In this document: positions 1 through 12,960 of the stretch, piece after piece
Position numbering within the stretch: the stretch's first letter is position 1
Layout of the letters: the number at the start of each line of letters is the position of its first letter
DNA from: Balanoglossus misakiensis
Taxonomy: Eukaryota > Animalia > Hemichordata
NCBI GenBank assembly: GCA_040954595.2
Contig: CM082589.2
Coordinates: 6,941,186 to 7,005,185, forward strand
Length of the DNA: 64,000 bases
Direction: 5' to 3'
Made by a program: the position numbers and the translations under genes
The notes under the pieces: generated by a model
The model's input: only the letters and a program-made list of their open reading frames with translations
What the model was told of the DNA's origin: nothing
Databases searched by the model: none

Positions 1-340
1 CGTACAGACGTAGTCTCCAGACTACCGGCTATGATTCTATCTCTCTCTGATGTGTAGCTGCTCAGTTTTCCATCAATTAGAAAAACCGCGGAAAAGTTTT
101 CCCAAGGATTTACGGGGATGCTTGATATTCACAGTGAGGGAAGGAAATCCTTGCATTTATCGGGAATTCCACTGGCAAGGCGTACGATTCCAGGTTGTCA
201 GTGATTTTAATCACGCAGTTATGTTGCGACTTTTCCGGGGGGAAAAGCTAGGCTTGTTGAGCCTGCACAGATTGACAGATTGTGCAATTTCATTCATAAA
301 GGTTTCTTTCAATTTCTGCTTCGGCTGAGAGATTTGTGAT

Positions 341-673
341 TTAAAGCCCCAATAGCTGCCACTTTTACCATATTTTTAATCCTTAAAATACTTCAATCTT
401 CTCCTTCTCCTGAAAAATGACACTATTTTGACTTTGCAGGGATTTGAATACTCATGTGCATATACTACAAAAGTTGTGTACTCTTGCAATGGGCAGTTGA
501 ATAAATGGGTGTGGCACCTATTTATTATTCATATCTACACGTACAGCCACAATGAGAAGCTGATAATATGTTTGTGTATATACCCATAAGTTAGCTTATT
601 TAAATGGGCCATTCTGAGTTTGAATGTAAAAATCGTGAAAATAATTAAGGGTTGTCAGCTATTGGGGCTTTAA
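341..673. mobile_element. MITE with TTAA target-site duplication and AG...CT termini (Kolobok-like)
   Basis: TTAA at 341-344 + AGCCCCAATAGCTG ... CAGCTATTGGGGCT + TTAA at 670-673. Perfect 14-bp TIR, no ORF. Lies in a PDE7 intron. Confidence 0.8.
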
Positions 674-710
674 GGTTTGGAGAGAAGTTCTCGCACTGCA
701 CGCGACTCAC

Positions 711-856
711 CTGCGCTTGTCCTGAATAGTCGATGTCCAGCAGCGACGCACCTTCGTAAGCTTGACATGTGATTTTCGGTCTGCGATGCGACGACCGATG
801 TAAGCTCAGGAACTTACAGTAATTGTTCCGGTGCGTAACATCGCTATTCGTCAAAG
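711..856 (-). CDS. PDE7A: PDE7 cAMP phosphodiesterase, coding exon 4 (gene continues off the left edge)
   Basis: ttttttccag acceptor, CAG|gtgagt donor, 146 nt, phase 1 to 0. Encodes (P)LTNSDVTHRNNYCKFLSLHRSSHRRPKITCQAYEGASLLDIDYSGQAQ, comparable to recalled human PDE7A ...RRLLSFQR...LNILDDDYNGQAK. Confidence 0.85.
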
Positions 857-2102
857 CTGGAAAAAAATATGCACGGTTGTGAATACTTAGGAACTGGAAA
901 ACTTGCATATGTAAGTAACAAAATATGTGTGAGGTTAATTTTTCAATTTCTAACATTTAGTGTTTTCGCAATTTCACTTTATATATCTTATGTGCTGCTG
1001 CACTTGTAGCATGTTAGATAAACAAGTACATTTGCTACTTTCATTCTGTTTATTAAAATTGATGACCCTGGCTAGAAATGTATAACAGAGCTTAGAAAAA
1101 TTGAAAGCGGATTGTTAACAGACAGTGACATGTTCACGAAAAAGTCACCTGGCATGAAATGTCAAGTTTCTGTCAAGTCGCCACAGGAAATCACCTATTA
1201 ACTATCCTAACAAGAAGCTAATGATTTGAAAGTACAAACTACACTCTCGAACAGCCCCCCAACTGAGAATTCCACTAAACTTTCTGATGGGAGACAGTGA
1301 TTTTCTACTTATCAACTTGAAACGCTTCAAGTAAGGGATAATTACCCCGATTATATCTTCAAGCCATGTCTAGGCATGATAGGACAAAGTCTGTCATTCA
1401 TTCCAAGACAGCTGTTCAGGTAAGCCAGGACACTGCATAATGCATGCGACTTTTGGCGAAATAATGTGATGCAACTCTCCCAGAGGCAAAATGAAATATT
1501 TATTCTTATCGTCAGACTCCGAGAAAATTAGCGAAATCATTATCTTTGCATTCAAGTGATGTACTGAAAGCAGTATTTCAAAGACACTGCAACCTACAAA
1601 TGGATAATAGCTGTATTTTTTTCCAGTTTTTGTTCAGAGTATATAGTTTCTTATCTTTGATTTGTTTTTGATTGGAAATAAGAATTTCTATATTTGAGTG
1701 ACATTTTCTTGGAATGCACATCTATAAACCTTTGTTCTTGCAAAGTACCCAGTTTGAGAAAGCGATAATTATCCTTGGCAACCAAGCAAAATTTACCTAG
1801 GCAACAAAAAAAGTACAAACACCACCAACAGTGGAGTTCGAACATCAAGTGGGGCTAGAAAAACAAGTTTGGTTTGCACAGGTCTTTAAGAATAAGGGTC
1901 TTTCTTCCATTGTCTTCACGTGAAGGGTTCACGAGAAATAGTGCATCTTGGTTACTATACACATGGTGTCCCAGCTACCATGGATGTAAATTTTTTTACA
2001 CACAATGCCCTAGTTGCCGGGGTTTGTTTTGACTGTATTGAGAATGTTATTAGCAAAATGTCATGCGTCTTGGAAGTTGGAGATAAAGAAAGAGAGACTC
2101 AC

Positions 2103-2189
2103 GTTCGATGATCTTGTGGTCTGTTTCAGGAATAGATCTTCTCCTACGTTCCCTACCAAGGCCTGGTTTGGTCCTAACACGGACATCCC
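2103..2189 (-). CDS. PDE7A: PDE7 coding exon 3
   Basis: ttttttccag acceptor, C|gtgagt donor, 87 nt, phase 1 to 1. Encodes (G)DVRVRTKPGLGRERRRRSIPETDHKIIE vs recalled human [27 protein letters not shown]. Confidence 0.88.
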
Positions 2190-3585
2190 CTGGAAAAAAG
2201 ACCCGCATAACTACATGTAGTACATGTATTGTTTGATTTGTCTGAGCGAGAAAATCTGGCTTTGCCTGAAATTTTATGAGGGGGAGGAGGAACAAGATGA
2301 TAGTGTACTACATTTTGTACGAAGACACCAAAACTGTCTGGTGGATGCTCTCTGAAAACTGACATGAACAAATTACTCGTGGAGAAGAACAACTTCAAGT
2401 CATTCAAAGAGAGCCATATTCTCTGAATGCGACACCCCACTATGTGCTTTTTAAGTGCACAGAAATAAGGCCAAGGTTATCCCAGAACCAACAGAGCCTC
2501 AAAAGAGCCAAAAATCACACACTCTGAATGGACAAAAAAAGAAAAAACAAGGCCCGGCTTGTTCTGACACTGACATACATCCGTCAGAAAACCACACACT
2601 CTGAATGCACATAAAAACAAGCTTGGATTACTCGAAAACAGACAACCTCTTAAAGGTACATACATGTACAACGCGATTCCACGCACTGATGGACAGACAC
2701 TGCTGCTGTAAAAAAAGGTCGTTTAAGGTCAACTGCGGCTGAATTTTTCTCAGTCCTCCATTTATTTCCTTGATGTCTGATAAACTCTTTTCTCACTTCC
2801 CCTTTATTGAAAAAAAAAAATCTTCACCAAGTGTTTTTCTTATCAGGAACTGCAGTACATCGAGGCTGCGTCAAGTTGCCTTTCATTCACTGCAATTACT
2901 GCTTGTATACAAACTACTAGGGCACAGTAACTCACAGGTTGATCTATTGAAAATCGTGACCTCCTGAAACAAGAGCGGTCACATTATTCTGACTTCCTTA
3001 TCAGGGGCTTCTTTGACAGTACATGCTGGAGATGACCCTTGGCGAGCCAGTCTTACACACACACATTTAACCTTTGACCCCCACGCACCGGCACGGTACA
3101 GTACGCTAAGCGAGTGATACACATTACAAACACTACTGGCAGCAAAGTTTGACCACTGGGACAGAAAGTCCACTGAAGGCAGGGTCATGTGATTATCAGC
3201 TTGTCCTACTTTTATGGCGAAGTCCATTATGCGCCAAACAAACACAGTTCATGTGCACATTCCTGAATTGAGCACATTTTATCGAGAACTTGATGAGAGA
3301 AACATGGACTGCTGAAAACAGCTTTGTTGTAATTCGGAGAACACAGCAAAATATGCAATCACATTTGCTTAGCTCATCCCTTAATGATGTATTGGCTGAC
3401 GGCAGTTTTCTTCATCATAATATTGTAACTTGTTTAAAACATATTCAAATTCATTTTAAACATAAACCATTCACAGAAATTAGATATAGAACTTTATTTG
3501 GAATATTACAAAATGTCAATAAACAGTATGTTGGAATCTTTCCAACAATACTGATGTATATAATTTGAATGTAATTTACACTTAC

Positions 3586-3646
3586 CTAACATCCGAACAT
3601 ATATTGCATTTTTGTCAGTTCTATCAAAAGATATTCCACCCCTCCT
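3586..3646 (-). CDS. PDE7A: PDE7 coding exon 2
   Basis: tctctttcag acceptor, G|gtaagt donor, 61 nt, phase 0 to 1. Encodes RRGGISFDRTDKNAIYVRML(G) vs recalled human [21 protein letters not shown]. Not in the ORF track. Confidence 0.9.
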
Positions 3647-5084
3647 CTGAAAGAGACAAAAAGATGCATAAATTTAGAGAAAAATAAATGATTGAGCACT
3701 TTTGTAACAACATATATCTTCTAAAATGGTTAGAAAATTGCGAATAAAAAAAATCTAAAATAAAATGTCTATAATTGGAAAATGTATATTAATTTGCATT
3801 TTTCATACAGTGGTAATTCCATCGTATTTTATGCCAAGTGACGGCCATTTTGTCTAGACTTATGACAAAATGGCTGCCACATACCTGACCCTATTCGCTA
3901 GCACAGCGCAGTGGCAGAATTAGGTTAGGGACTCAGACTAGATGGCATGTCATAGTTACCGACTTTCTGATGTATATAAAACAGCTGTTGCTCTGATTGA
4001 CGTGATATCTCATTTAAGGCAATGTGTTCGACACACAGATGGAACACAGCAAAATATGTGTCTCTGGGAATGATTGATGCGGGCAGTAATTTCACATGAA
4101 AACACAATTTGGATGCAATCACAGCACCCTGCTGAAATAACCGAAGCATGCTGCAACACGTGTGCAAGCCTCGGACCACTGCTGACAGATGCAACTTCGG
4201 CATTTATGGCTGGATCTAAATTCATTTGTCAACAACAATGGATTATTATGAATAAATATTTGCTGTGCGCATGAAACAATTTATTACCACCGTGTCAAAG
4301 ACCTTTTAGCAGTTAACCAACGCAGTGCTCACAACACGGGAAATACTGAAGTAACATTCCTAAATGTTAAAAATGTTTTTGGTTTTAAATGGACATCAAA
4401 AACTGGTTCCAGGTGTTTTTCGAAGATGATATCGATAATCCCACCGCTATACACAGATTAAACTCAAGATTGAAATATGGTCTGTCTGTTTTTAATACCC
4501 CTGGGAGCAGTATGCAAGTGTTATAAGGGCAAGTTTTTTTGTCATACCGTCAATTTTTAATATTGCACAATATTTCTCGTGATTTATAAAATGAGATGCT
4601 TGCAGCTATGTAATAATTCAGGATTTACATGTTACACATCATAGTAAAATTCTTTGATTTTCCATAATATCTTAAGCATTTTCTTTTCCAAGATTTTGGA
4701 AGTTGGTTTTTATTTTTTTAAATCAACAAATGTACGAATTTGTAGCTTGCTGGCTATCATAATATTAAATAGGGAACTTGTCAATGAGTACTGATGCTCT
4801 ACTTGTTCTAGCAGATTGCAAAGGTCTCTTGTTTGGAAGTTAGAGTGCTTCATCAAAACTGCACTAAAGACACGGTTGGCAAAGTTCAAGTATTTTTGAT
4901 TCCGTGTCAAATCACACAGTTCACACAAAAACTATGTCAAAATATTTGAGGAATGGCATATTTGGCAATTCGGCGTCACGTCTACAACTTCGCGATCATG
5001 TGTTGGCATAAATTCACTCCTGACACGGCACGGCATTCCGTGTGAAATGAGTTTTGCACCAAGATGGTGAGGTATCGGAGAAAA

Positions 5085-5293
5085 TACTGTAAAACACTTT
5101 ATTTTCGCGAGCAAATTTTCGCCAAATACTCGAAAGCCAAAATAGCGCGAAATTAAAAAGTCGCGTAATTTTTTTTTAAGATAACGATGCAGTGAATGAA
5201 ATAAGAGAATGCAAAAAATTAATACTCGCGAAACAGTGGCCTCTCTCAATATCGCAAAAATTTCAACTCGCGAAAATAAATTGGTTTACAGTA
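5085..5293. mobile_element. MITE with TA target-site duplication (Tc1/mariner-type ends)
   Basis: TACTGTAAAACACTTTATTTTCGCGAG ... CTCGCGAAAATAAATTGGTTTACAGTA: ~27-bp imperfect TIR with internal CGCGAAA subrepeats. Confidence 0.75.
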
Positions 5294-6410
5294 CATCATC
5301 AGAGCCGCAGCCCAACGTACACTAGGGAATTCTCCCATCAAATTGCACTCCACACAGAACGGCGCTCAAAAGACTTCATGCATAGTATATATATTCCAAG
5401 TCGTATGTTTCACACATTAGGTCCAGTTAACCTGTTGACATAAGCTATTGTCTCCATCACATGTGCCCTGCATCCTGTGCCTCTTGCGCTCGCTCCTCGC
5501 ACGAACGGCAACAGGGTCAAAGGTCACCCATACTGCAGTCTCCCAGGACAACAGAATGGAGGTCAAAACAATAACAGTCAGACTTGCTGCTCGAAGAGTC
5601 GAGTCAAGCACTTTATTGTCACCGGTACAAAAAAAAACTTGCGGAATAAGGTTGTTTTGTCTAATAGTCCAACAGAAATATGCCCCAGATTCAAAATCGA
5701 CAGACTGACCTGGAGCAACCATCTCAAGGTTGCTTGGGACACAGTCAATATCTGATACGCCGGTCGTGAGAGGATGACTGATTAAAGTTCATTCGCATGT
5801 GGGACACACTCGCACATTTATTTTGCATTTTTACAGAAAAAGGACGAGTTTTTCCACCTGGGGACTGTTGTGTTCCATACTTATTAGAAACATATCTCAT
5901 ATGCATTGTAGCGATGTCTCATATTTTGTATGTTTATTAATTAAAATCGACGGCTATGATGATAGCATAGTGTGGTGTCTGGGCACAGCATGGTGTAGAC
6001 ACATCACACTGTTATTGGGCATCATACTCAACAGCTGTTCAACTCATCAGGTGTCAAAAACCATCCCTCCCAGATGGTAGTTGTGGCCCAACCATTTGAT
6101 ATTTTGTGGTTGCAATACCCACTTTGTGTTCTACAATTTACATGTGTACCGCTGTGCACCTTTTGGGTATGCATGTACATGTGTAACCTCAGCCTAGTGC
6201 GATGCCTAAATGGGCATGTACCAGTTGGATTTGGTGTGCATGATACCCAGTTTGGACAACGCTCCCAGGTGGTGTGGTACTGCTAGGCAAGTGGGTTATA
6301 CTACCCACACAGAACAATATTTGGTGGGCAAGATACCCAGCTGATATGGGTACAATGTCCAAGCCGTTATGACAGACACACCAGTGGTTGATACCCAATG
6401 TTGGCAAATG

Positions 6411-6486
6411 TTTAGCTCATATTTTATCTGAAATGAAAGTTGGATGGTCTATTTAGCTCATATTTTATCTGAAATGAAAGTTGGAT
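6411..6486. repeat. Short direct duplication (2 x 35 bp)
   Basis: TTTAGCTCATATTTTATCTGAAATGAAAGTTGGAT at 6411 and again at 6452. Confidence 0.85.
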
Positions 6487-7907
6487 ATGGTCCTGTGTTG
6501 GTAGAAGGGGAAAGAGCAGTTTACTGTGAAAGTTTATATTTGTAGTGGCAGGATTTTAGCCGACACCACCATCGTGCATAAACATGCAACCTCTTTCCAC
6601 TGAACACACTGTAAGGCCATTATGCAAAGATGACATAACCGTGCATGTTTTTGCGAGAGTATGATTTGCAGGTGTTACATTCTTCAAGGTCCATAAACCC
6701 TGCACCACTTCCTGTACAATCCATTTCATTTTTAAAGACTGCGCAGTATCACACGTAGGGATGGACGACAGCTATACACTGGCCGAGATTCAACACGTAC
6801 AATTGAAATATTCCAACTATGGGGCAGGGGTTTTGAAAACAGCCGTGGTCAAAGACAGCCGGGCAATCCTGTCCACATACCAGACTGCTAGTGTCACTAT
6901 TCCACCTACGTCACACAAAATACCAACAATGTCATGATATGTCCACGACGAGAAATATCCCAGCACTGTAAAAATTTACAACACAGTGAACTGAATATTT
7001 AATAGCACAAAACCCGGGGCAGTATATTGCGACTCATTTCCTTGATCTTTTTTTTCCCCGCAGGTGAAATGCAATCATTTTTCCAGATGAAAGAATTTCA
7101 GACCCGGGCAGTCTGCTATTTTCCTGCTAATTTTATCCAGATTAAACAGGTCTGCATTTCTGCAAATATTTTACTTGACGACAAACGGACAGCAATAGCA
7201 CTATACACAAGAATGGAAAAATAAATTACAGTGGGCAGAAACTAATCCACTGAGACGACATGTTTGTCAGTTTTTAATTTCAACGGTAAATACACTTCCT
7301 GATGTTTAAGTTGTTATCTAACTTTTTTAAGAAACTGTGTTTTCTGAAAATCTTACAACACCCATTCAACCGTATTCATCTGCACATACACACAGGTCTT
7401 ATTTCATCACGTATGACAATGGTTACCACTCCCAATTTTGGCAACAGAAGGTTTCAATATTGCAGGATAATCACATCAGTAAATATCTCTGCTGGTGAAG
7501 TGACATTGCCCTTAAAGCAACACACACCCTGCTGCGTGGATACCGAAATACAGTATCGACATATCGCGACACTGAGCGATGTTTTTATATACAATTTCAG
7601 TTAAGACAGGTGCCAGAGTGATAACTTATCTACTTCATTTGATAAATTTCGCTCATTTTTGTTTAATACAATGCTGCAAACTGACAGGTGTCCAAAATAT
7701 TGTTATTAACTTATTGTTACATTATTGCTAACTGACAATTTTTCCTTTTATTTCATATCACAGCTGGAGAGCAATGACTGGAGTTAGTACGTGACTAGGA
7801 GTTCACAAATATCAATTCTCCATCAGGTGTGCAGAATGACTAGTCCAACACATAATGACAAATGACCACACCACCGTCACTTCACAAACAATAGATCACA
7901 CGTTAGG

Positions 7908-8102
7908 TTAAAGGTATACAGTCACCTCCCATTTACATACGCCCATATATGGCTGAAGTGGCGTATTTGGGCGTTCTAAAGAACATATGACTGGCGCTCT
8001 TTTTTTTCGCTTGTGCCACCCACTGAAAATCGGTGATTGGCTAGATCTCAATTTGCCATGGTAACTACAGCTAATTTTCAATAGGTGACCATATACCTTT
8101 AA
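7908..8102. mobile_element. MITE with TTAA TSD (Kolobok-like)
   Basis: TTAA+AGGTATACAGTCACC ... GGTGACCATATACCT+TTAA: 15-bp TIR with 2 mismatches. Confidence 0.75.
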
Positions 8103-8889
8103 AACAGCCACCATTGGGATCTGAACAACCAATTGTTTTCCCTCAAACGAAGGAACATATTTCTTCTGTGTGTTTTGCAGTGATCCGTCCACCGGCCCCC
8201 GAGAAAGACTTCTAGCGACCGACTACAAGAGAGTATGCAACCAGTACTACACTCAGCTAAGCATGAAATGCTGTGAACCTGGGACCCCAGAAAGGTTAGA
8301 GTTACACAGACATGAATAATCCAGTTTGTCTTCGCTTGATGAGATGATGAGCGACCAACTCATGTCATCAGCCAAGTATCACTTCATCTCTCCCTTTCAA
8401 AGGCATTGGTTTGATCCAACCCAACTGTTTTCTAAGTTGGACCTTTACACACAGAAGAAGGGATTGAAAGCAACAGATTGCGACCGAAAAAATCAGGGTG
8501 AACATTTTACACCCTTCTTTAAATATATTATACAAGGTTCTCACACCAGTGTACATGTACTTTGATCCAATATTACCCCCCAGTTATACAAGCTGTTCAA
8601 ATAATAACAGGCCTTGGGGGCTTGAAAAAGTAAAATATTTTTCTGCTTTTGGCAGTGTCATTTTTTCTACTTTTCAATATTATGAAAATATTTTTAGCAT
8701 TTTATTGCTTTTGTAAGGATTCACGGCTAATAGTGATACTTTTATCTCGGTGGTGTTAGAAAGCTTCCCATGAAAACTCAACCTATCGTATCTGTTTTTT
8801 CCCTAAAGCATCTGATGATATTTATTCAGAAAGAAAATTGCACATCGCCACTAGAACCAGAGCACACCTCTCCAACACAGGTTTAAAAA

Positions 8890-9050
8890 CAGTCAAACAT
8901 GTCTTAGTGGCCACCTCTATATAGTGGCCACTTTGTTACAGTCCCTGTGCAATTTACATGTATCTTTAATTTACCTGTCTTTGAAGGCTACCTGTCTATT
9001 AAGGCCAGTTTTGGAAAGTCCCTTGACTGGCCACTATATACAGGTTCCTG
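8890..9050. mobile_element. Degenerate MITE-like element
   Basis: CAGTCAAACATGTCTTAGTGGCCA ... TGGCCACTATATACAGGTT imperfect inverted ends with internal ACCTGTCT subrepeats. Ends are eroded. Confidence 0.4.
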
Positions 9051-10319
9051 CCTACATCAACATATTCTCTCAACATATCTACACTGGTCTTCATAAAATG
9101 CCAAAATGCTGCAGCATAGATGAATTTCTTGCAACACAGCTGATCATACCTCAACATAAACACCTCCAAAAACTGAAACATTTCCCAATACACTGATCAT
9201 AATCTGGCATAGAGTGACTTAGCTGCAATGATTGTAGTGGGTGCTGCTAGGATGATGATGTTGTTCGCAGCACTACCAAACGACATCATCTACCCATCAG
9301 CACCCGCCAGTATAGACTATCTTTGTCAACAACGTACTGAAACACATCTCTGCTCATATTTCAACATCCCCAAGCATAACAGAATTGAACAATCACTTAA
9401 TACCGAGGCTAAACGCAAATCTCGACTTTAAAAAAAAAAACATTTGTCAACATGGCAGACGCATCCCCTCAACCCACTGAAAGTGACAGGCCAACATGTC
9501 TGTACTGTGGACAGAAATAACACATGTGCAGAATGTGGTTTAAACCACAGCACTGGAAAAAAAAATAAAACACTTAATCTCATACAGGTACATCAAACGT
9601 ACATCTACTAGTAGGAGCTATAAAATCCAGGCATTTTTTTTCAGACATCGATTTCCACTAAGATATGCACATGATCAGGGTGCGCAAGACTTCACGTATG
9701 TCAACATCAGATTTGACGAATACCAACCATGACAGCCGTATATGCAGAATTCGCTTCTGAAAACGAGATGTTAATATCGTATGGTAGATGACGTACGGGG
9801 TGTTGACGTGTTGATATCATGTAAAGTGTACTAGACGACTGCAGAGAATCAAAATGACCGGGTCTGTTTCAGTAGCTCTGGTCTGATTCATACTTATCTA
9901 CGCGTGATTCTCAGATTTGAGATTTCACGGTCGGGCTGTATGTATAGACTGCTTTAAACATTCTTGAAAAATAAAAGATTGACGCATACAACCAGGCCTC
10001 CCCTAGACTTGGCATTTTCCTCGTAAGAACAGCTGAAGCCTGACGAAAATATTTCAGGATTAGCTAAAGTTCGGTTGAGAGATTTGAGTACTTTTATAAT
10101 GACTGGCATGAGAATTTGAAGCAAGTGTTTTACTACAGAGACTATGGTACACCGATGCTCTGACAGTGGTACTGAATTTTCATGGCAAGTCAGCTAATTC
10201 AATTTACACTGAGTCAACTTGTTGGGCAATCAGGATCAATGCTAACTTTATTCAATGCTTGAGAAGTTTAGGTGTAGAAAGTGTATTGTTATATACACCA
10301 CAAAGTGATACAACCGTTT

Positions 10320-10450
10320 CTATTATTGAAGACTATCTTGATAGACTGACGTCTATTATTATAGACTATCCTGACAGACCGACGTCTATTTAGTGAAGAT
10401 TATCTTGACAGACTAATGAGTAGTTTTGAGGACCAGTCTTGACAGACTTG
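10320..10450. repeat. Degenerate minisatellite (~33-bp unit, ~4 copies)
   Basis: Repeats of GACTATCTTGAYAGACTGACGTCTATT-like sequence. Confidence 0.6.
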
Positions 10451-12597
10451 TGTATGTGGACACTCTGGTCCCAGGTAATTGGCTGGAATAGCCAAGGTAA
10501 TTGGTCGAACGTATCACAACAAGACCAGATCTCTCAGCATTGATTCTGAACATTGATTCTCGCAACGGTTGATGGGCAAAACGGGACAATGGACGGTATC
10601 CACAGTAGAACAATGTGCAGTGAATCCTCGCCAATGAGCTGCCATTCAGAAAGTGCACTCGAGAAGAAAACGATAAACAAAAAGTACAAAATGTCAAAGT
10701 ATTCGCCCGACATTTCTGGGGGGTGCTTCGGCGAGAGGGGGGAACAAAAAACGACAAAGCCGCTAGATCTGGCCCAAACAAAACAGGAACAAGTGAATTC
10801 ATTTGCATGCGGCTTCATTGGATGCGGTCCCGAGTTAGAGTCAATACGAAATCGCGGCCCGGGTCATCAAATTTGTTGTGCCCAAGCAGCGCATTGTACA
10901 CTCAATTAAATTTTACTGTCATCCCATTTGTCCGTCTATACCGGGACAGCCCCGTTCCTCGCAAATCACGCTTTTATCTCTCTCCTTTTTTTTGTCCGTG
11001 CCGGGCACGCCAAAACATCATGAAACATAGCTCGTGTGGACAACTCCATGGCAGCACCACTGAAGGAAATCCACAGCACATACCCACGCTCACCGGTGAC
11101 AACGATGAAATACAAATTTTTTTAAAATAAAAACATCAAGCTGTCTCTAAGATCAGGATCAATGTTCAGTTTTTCGATAAAAAAATATTAAAACATCACA
11201 GCTATGTGGTAATACAACTAGGCAGCCTGAATGTAGGTCAGGCAGTACGAAAATTAAAGAAACTCGGACAGGCATATCTTCAAAGTTTAACTGCCCTGGT
11301 CCATGACATTTTTTCTTCAGCGCTCTTAAAACACAGAGAAGAGTATGTGTGGGACAGCTGACATACTCACAAGCCTGGTCTCTTTCTCACTGCTTATCAA
11401 TACCAGGCCGCAGAATAATAATCTCAATAATATGCTGATTAATTACTGAGTGTTTAATCTTATGATTAACGAGGTTACTGGCGCATGAAGTGAGTTGGGG
11501 GAGAGAGAAAATGGGACTATGTAGAAAATAATATACAGAGTTGATAGAACACATGACCTCTGTGACCCTGACAGGAGCAGGGGGCGACCATCAATCTTGC
11601 CCATTCATTATGACCACCACAGACATTAAACTTGAGATCCTTCATAAACCCATTGGACACTAACCGTCCGTTGTCACGGTAACAAATCACAGCAAGAGAT
11701 CAACACTGTCACACTTTTTCTTCTTTAATATGACTGGCCAGGCAAATGAGAGATGGCATGTGTCTGTGATATCGGTATTATGGCATTATGGTCTCGGTCG
11801 AAGGAAGCCATCTTAAATCAGTTTAATTTGGAGTCTGATTGCACCAGATACGCACTACACCAAATCAAACTCGTCAGATCATTGCTATCTCTTGCTCTCT
11901 CTCTCTGCACCAGTAAAATTTACCAGTACAAAAAATTCTTCAAAATGCATACACACGTGTGTGCAGATGATACGTCAGTGCCAAATATACGATCCCATTC
12001 TGGAGACCGTGTCAAGCAAACAACCAGTGGTGGTGAGAAAAAATACTAATTTGATATCTATTTTTTACCTTGTTTTCCGCGGTGTCTAAATCCCAATCAT
12101 CAGCAATGCAGAAGTATGCCATGTGAAGCGAACCTAGACCGCTGACAGATTCCACTCAACGGCCATCCTTATACACCTCGAGTGCACACGAGTCAACTGC
12201 CGGTTAGACCTCGGGCTGCCATCCGCTCACATTAAACAAATCTAGAAGATATATATCACCGACCGGTGCTAAGTTTACACTTCAAATCAGTCCAATATAC
12301 CGAGTGGAATGTTGTTTTTTGCTTAATTTGAGAGAACACATGCCTTTACACCCAGACTGTGCTTAAAAATGTGGGAGTGTGTATATATATATGTGGGACT
12401 CTTTTTCACCACTTAAACATTGATTACCGAGCAAATATTGACTCTGCTACTAGTTGCACTCACAGTGACTGTGTCATCAGACTGTGGACGGAAAGAAAAA
12501 AAAACTAGATCACCCCCAGCCGAGGTGGAGTGGACTTGAAATCCATGGTCATGGTCAGTTGTTCGAGGGGAGTGTTTGGAAACACGGTTCAACTTAC

Positions 12598-12960
12598 CCC
12601 ACAGCTTGAAGTTTTGAGTTTTTGGCCCGGGGGCCCCTAGTGGCGGTGTCCGGGTACAGTGATCCTCTGAAGCAGCGCTGCTAGACCGAGGGGGGGTGTT
12701 TGCTTAATCTCAGCTTGGACAAGAGTCGACCGCGGGTGTTGCCCCGAATAAAGTTGGGCTTGACTTGTGTGCGCTGGTGTGTGTATATGTGTGCAGGATT
12801 GTGTGTGTGAGTGTGCGCGGTGTGTAAGCCAGCCAGTATTAAGTGCAACTGCACTGGACCCGTGTGTGTGTGACTGAGTGTGACTGACCTGGTCGGTTGG
12901 CTTTTGTGTCGGAAGTGACGCAAATCAACTGGCTTTGCGTGCGTCTTCTCGCGGCGCTAC
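12598..12960 (-). promoter_or_regulatory. Candidate internal promoter and non-coding alternative first exon within PDE7 intron 1
   Basis: CpG-enriched patch, ETS-CRE composite CGGAAGTGACG at 12910-12920, and a strong minus-strand donor GGG|gtaagt with the exon ending at 12598. Confidence 0.4.

Noticed and set aside
711-768. MSSLRRCVAAGHRLFRTSA|gtgagt looked like the first exon of a mitochondrial protein
   Set aside because: Another frame of the same exon matches PDE7 (LLDIDYSGQAQ), with a proper acceptor at 856 and consistent phases.
10534-10818. Hydrophobic ORF as a PDE7A2-like membrane-targeting first exon
   Set aside because: No convincing splice donor before its stop codon.
12633-12646. 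CTCF site (CCGCCACTAGGGGC on the minus strand)
   Set aside because: One G short of the core consensus; not supportable from sequence alone.
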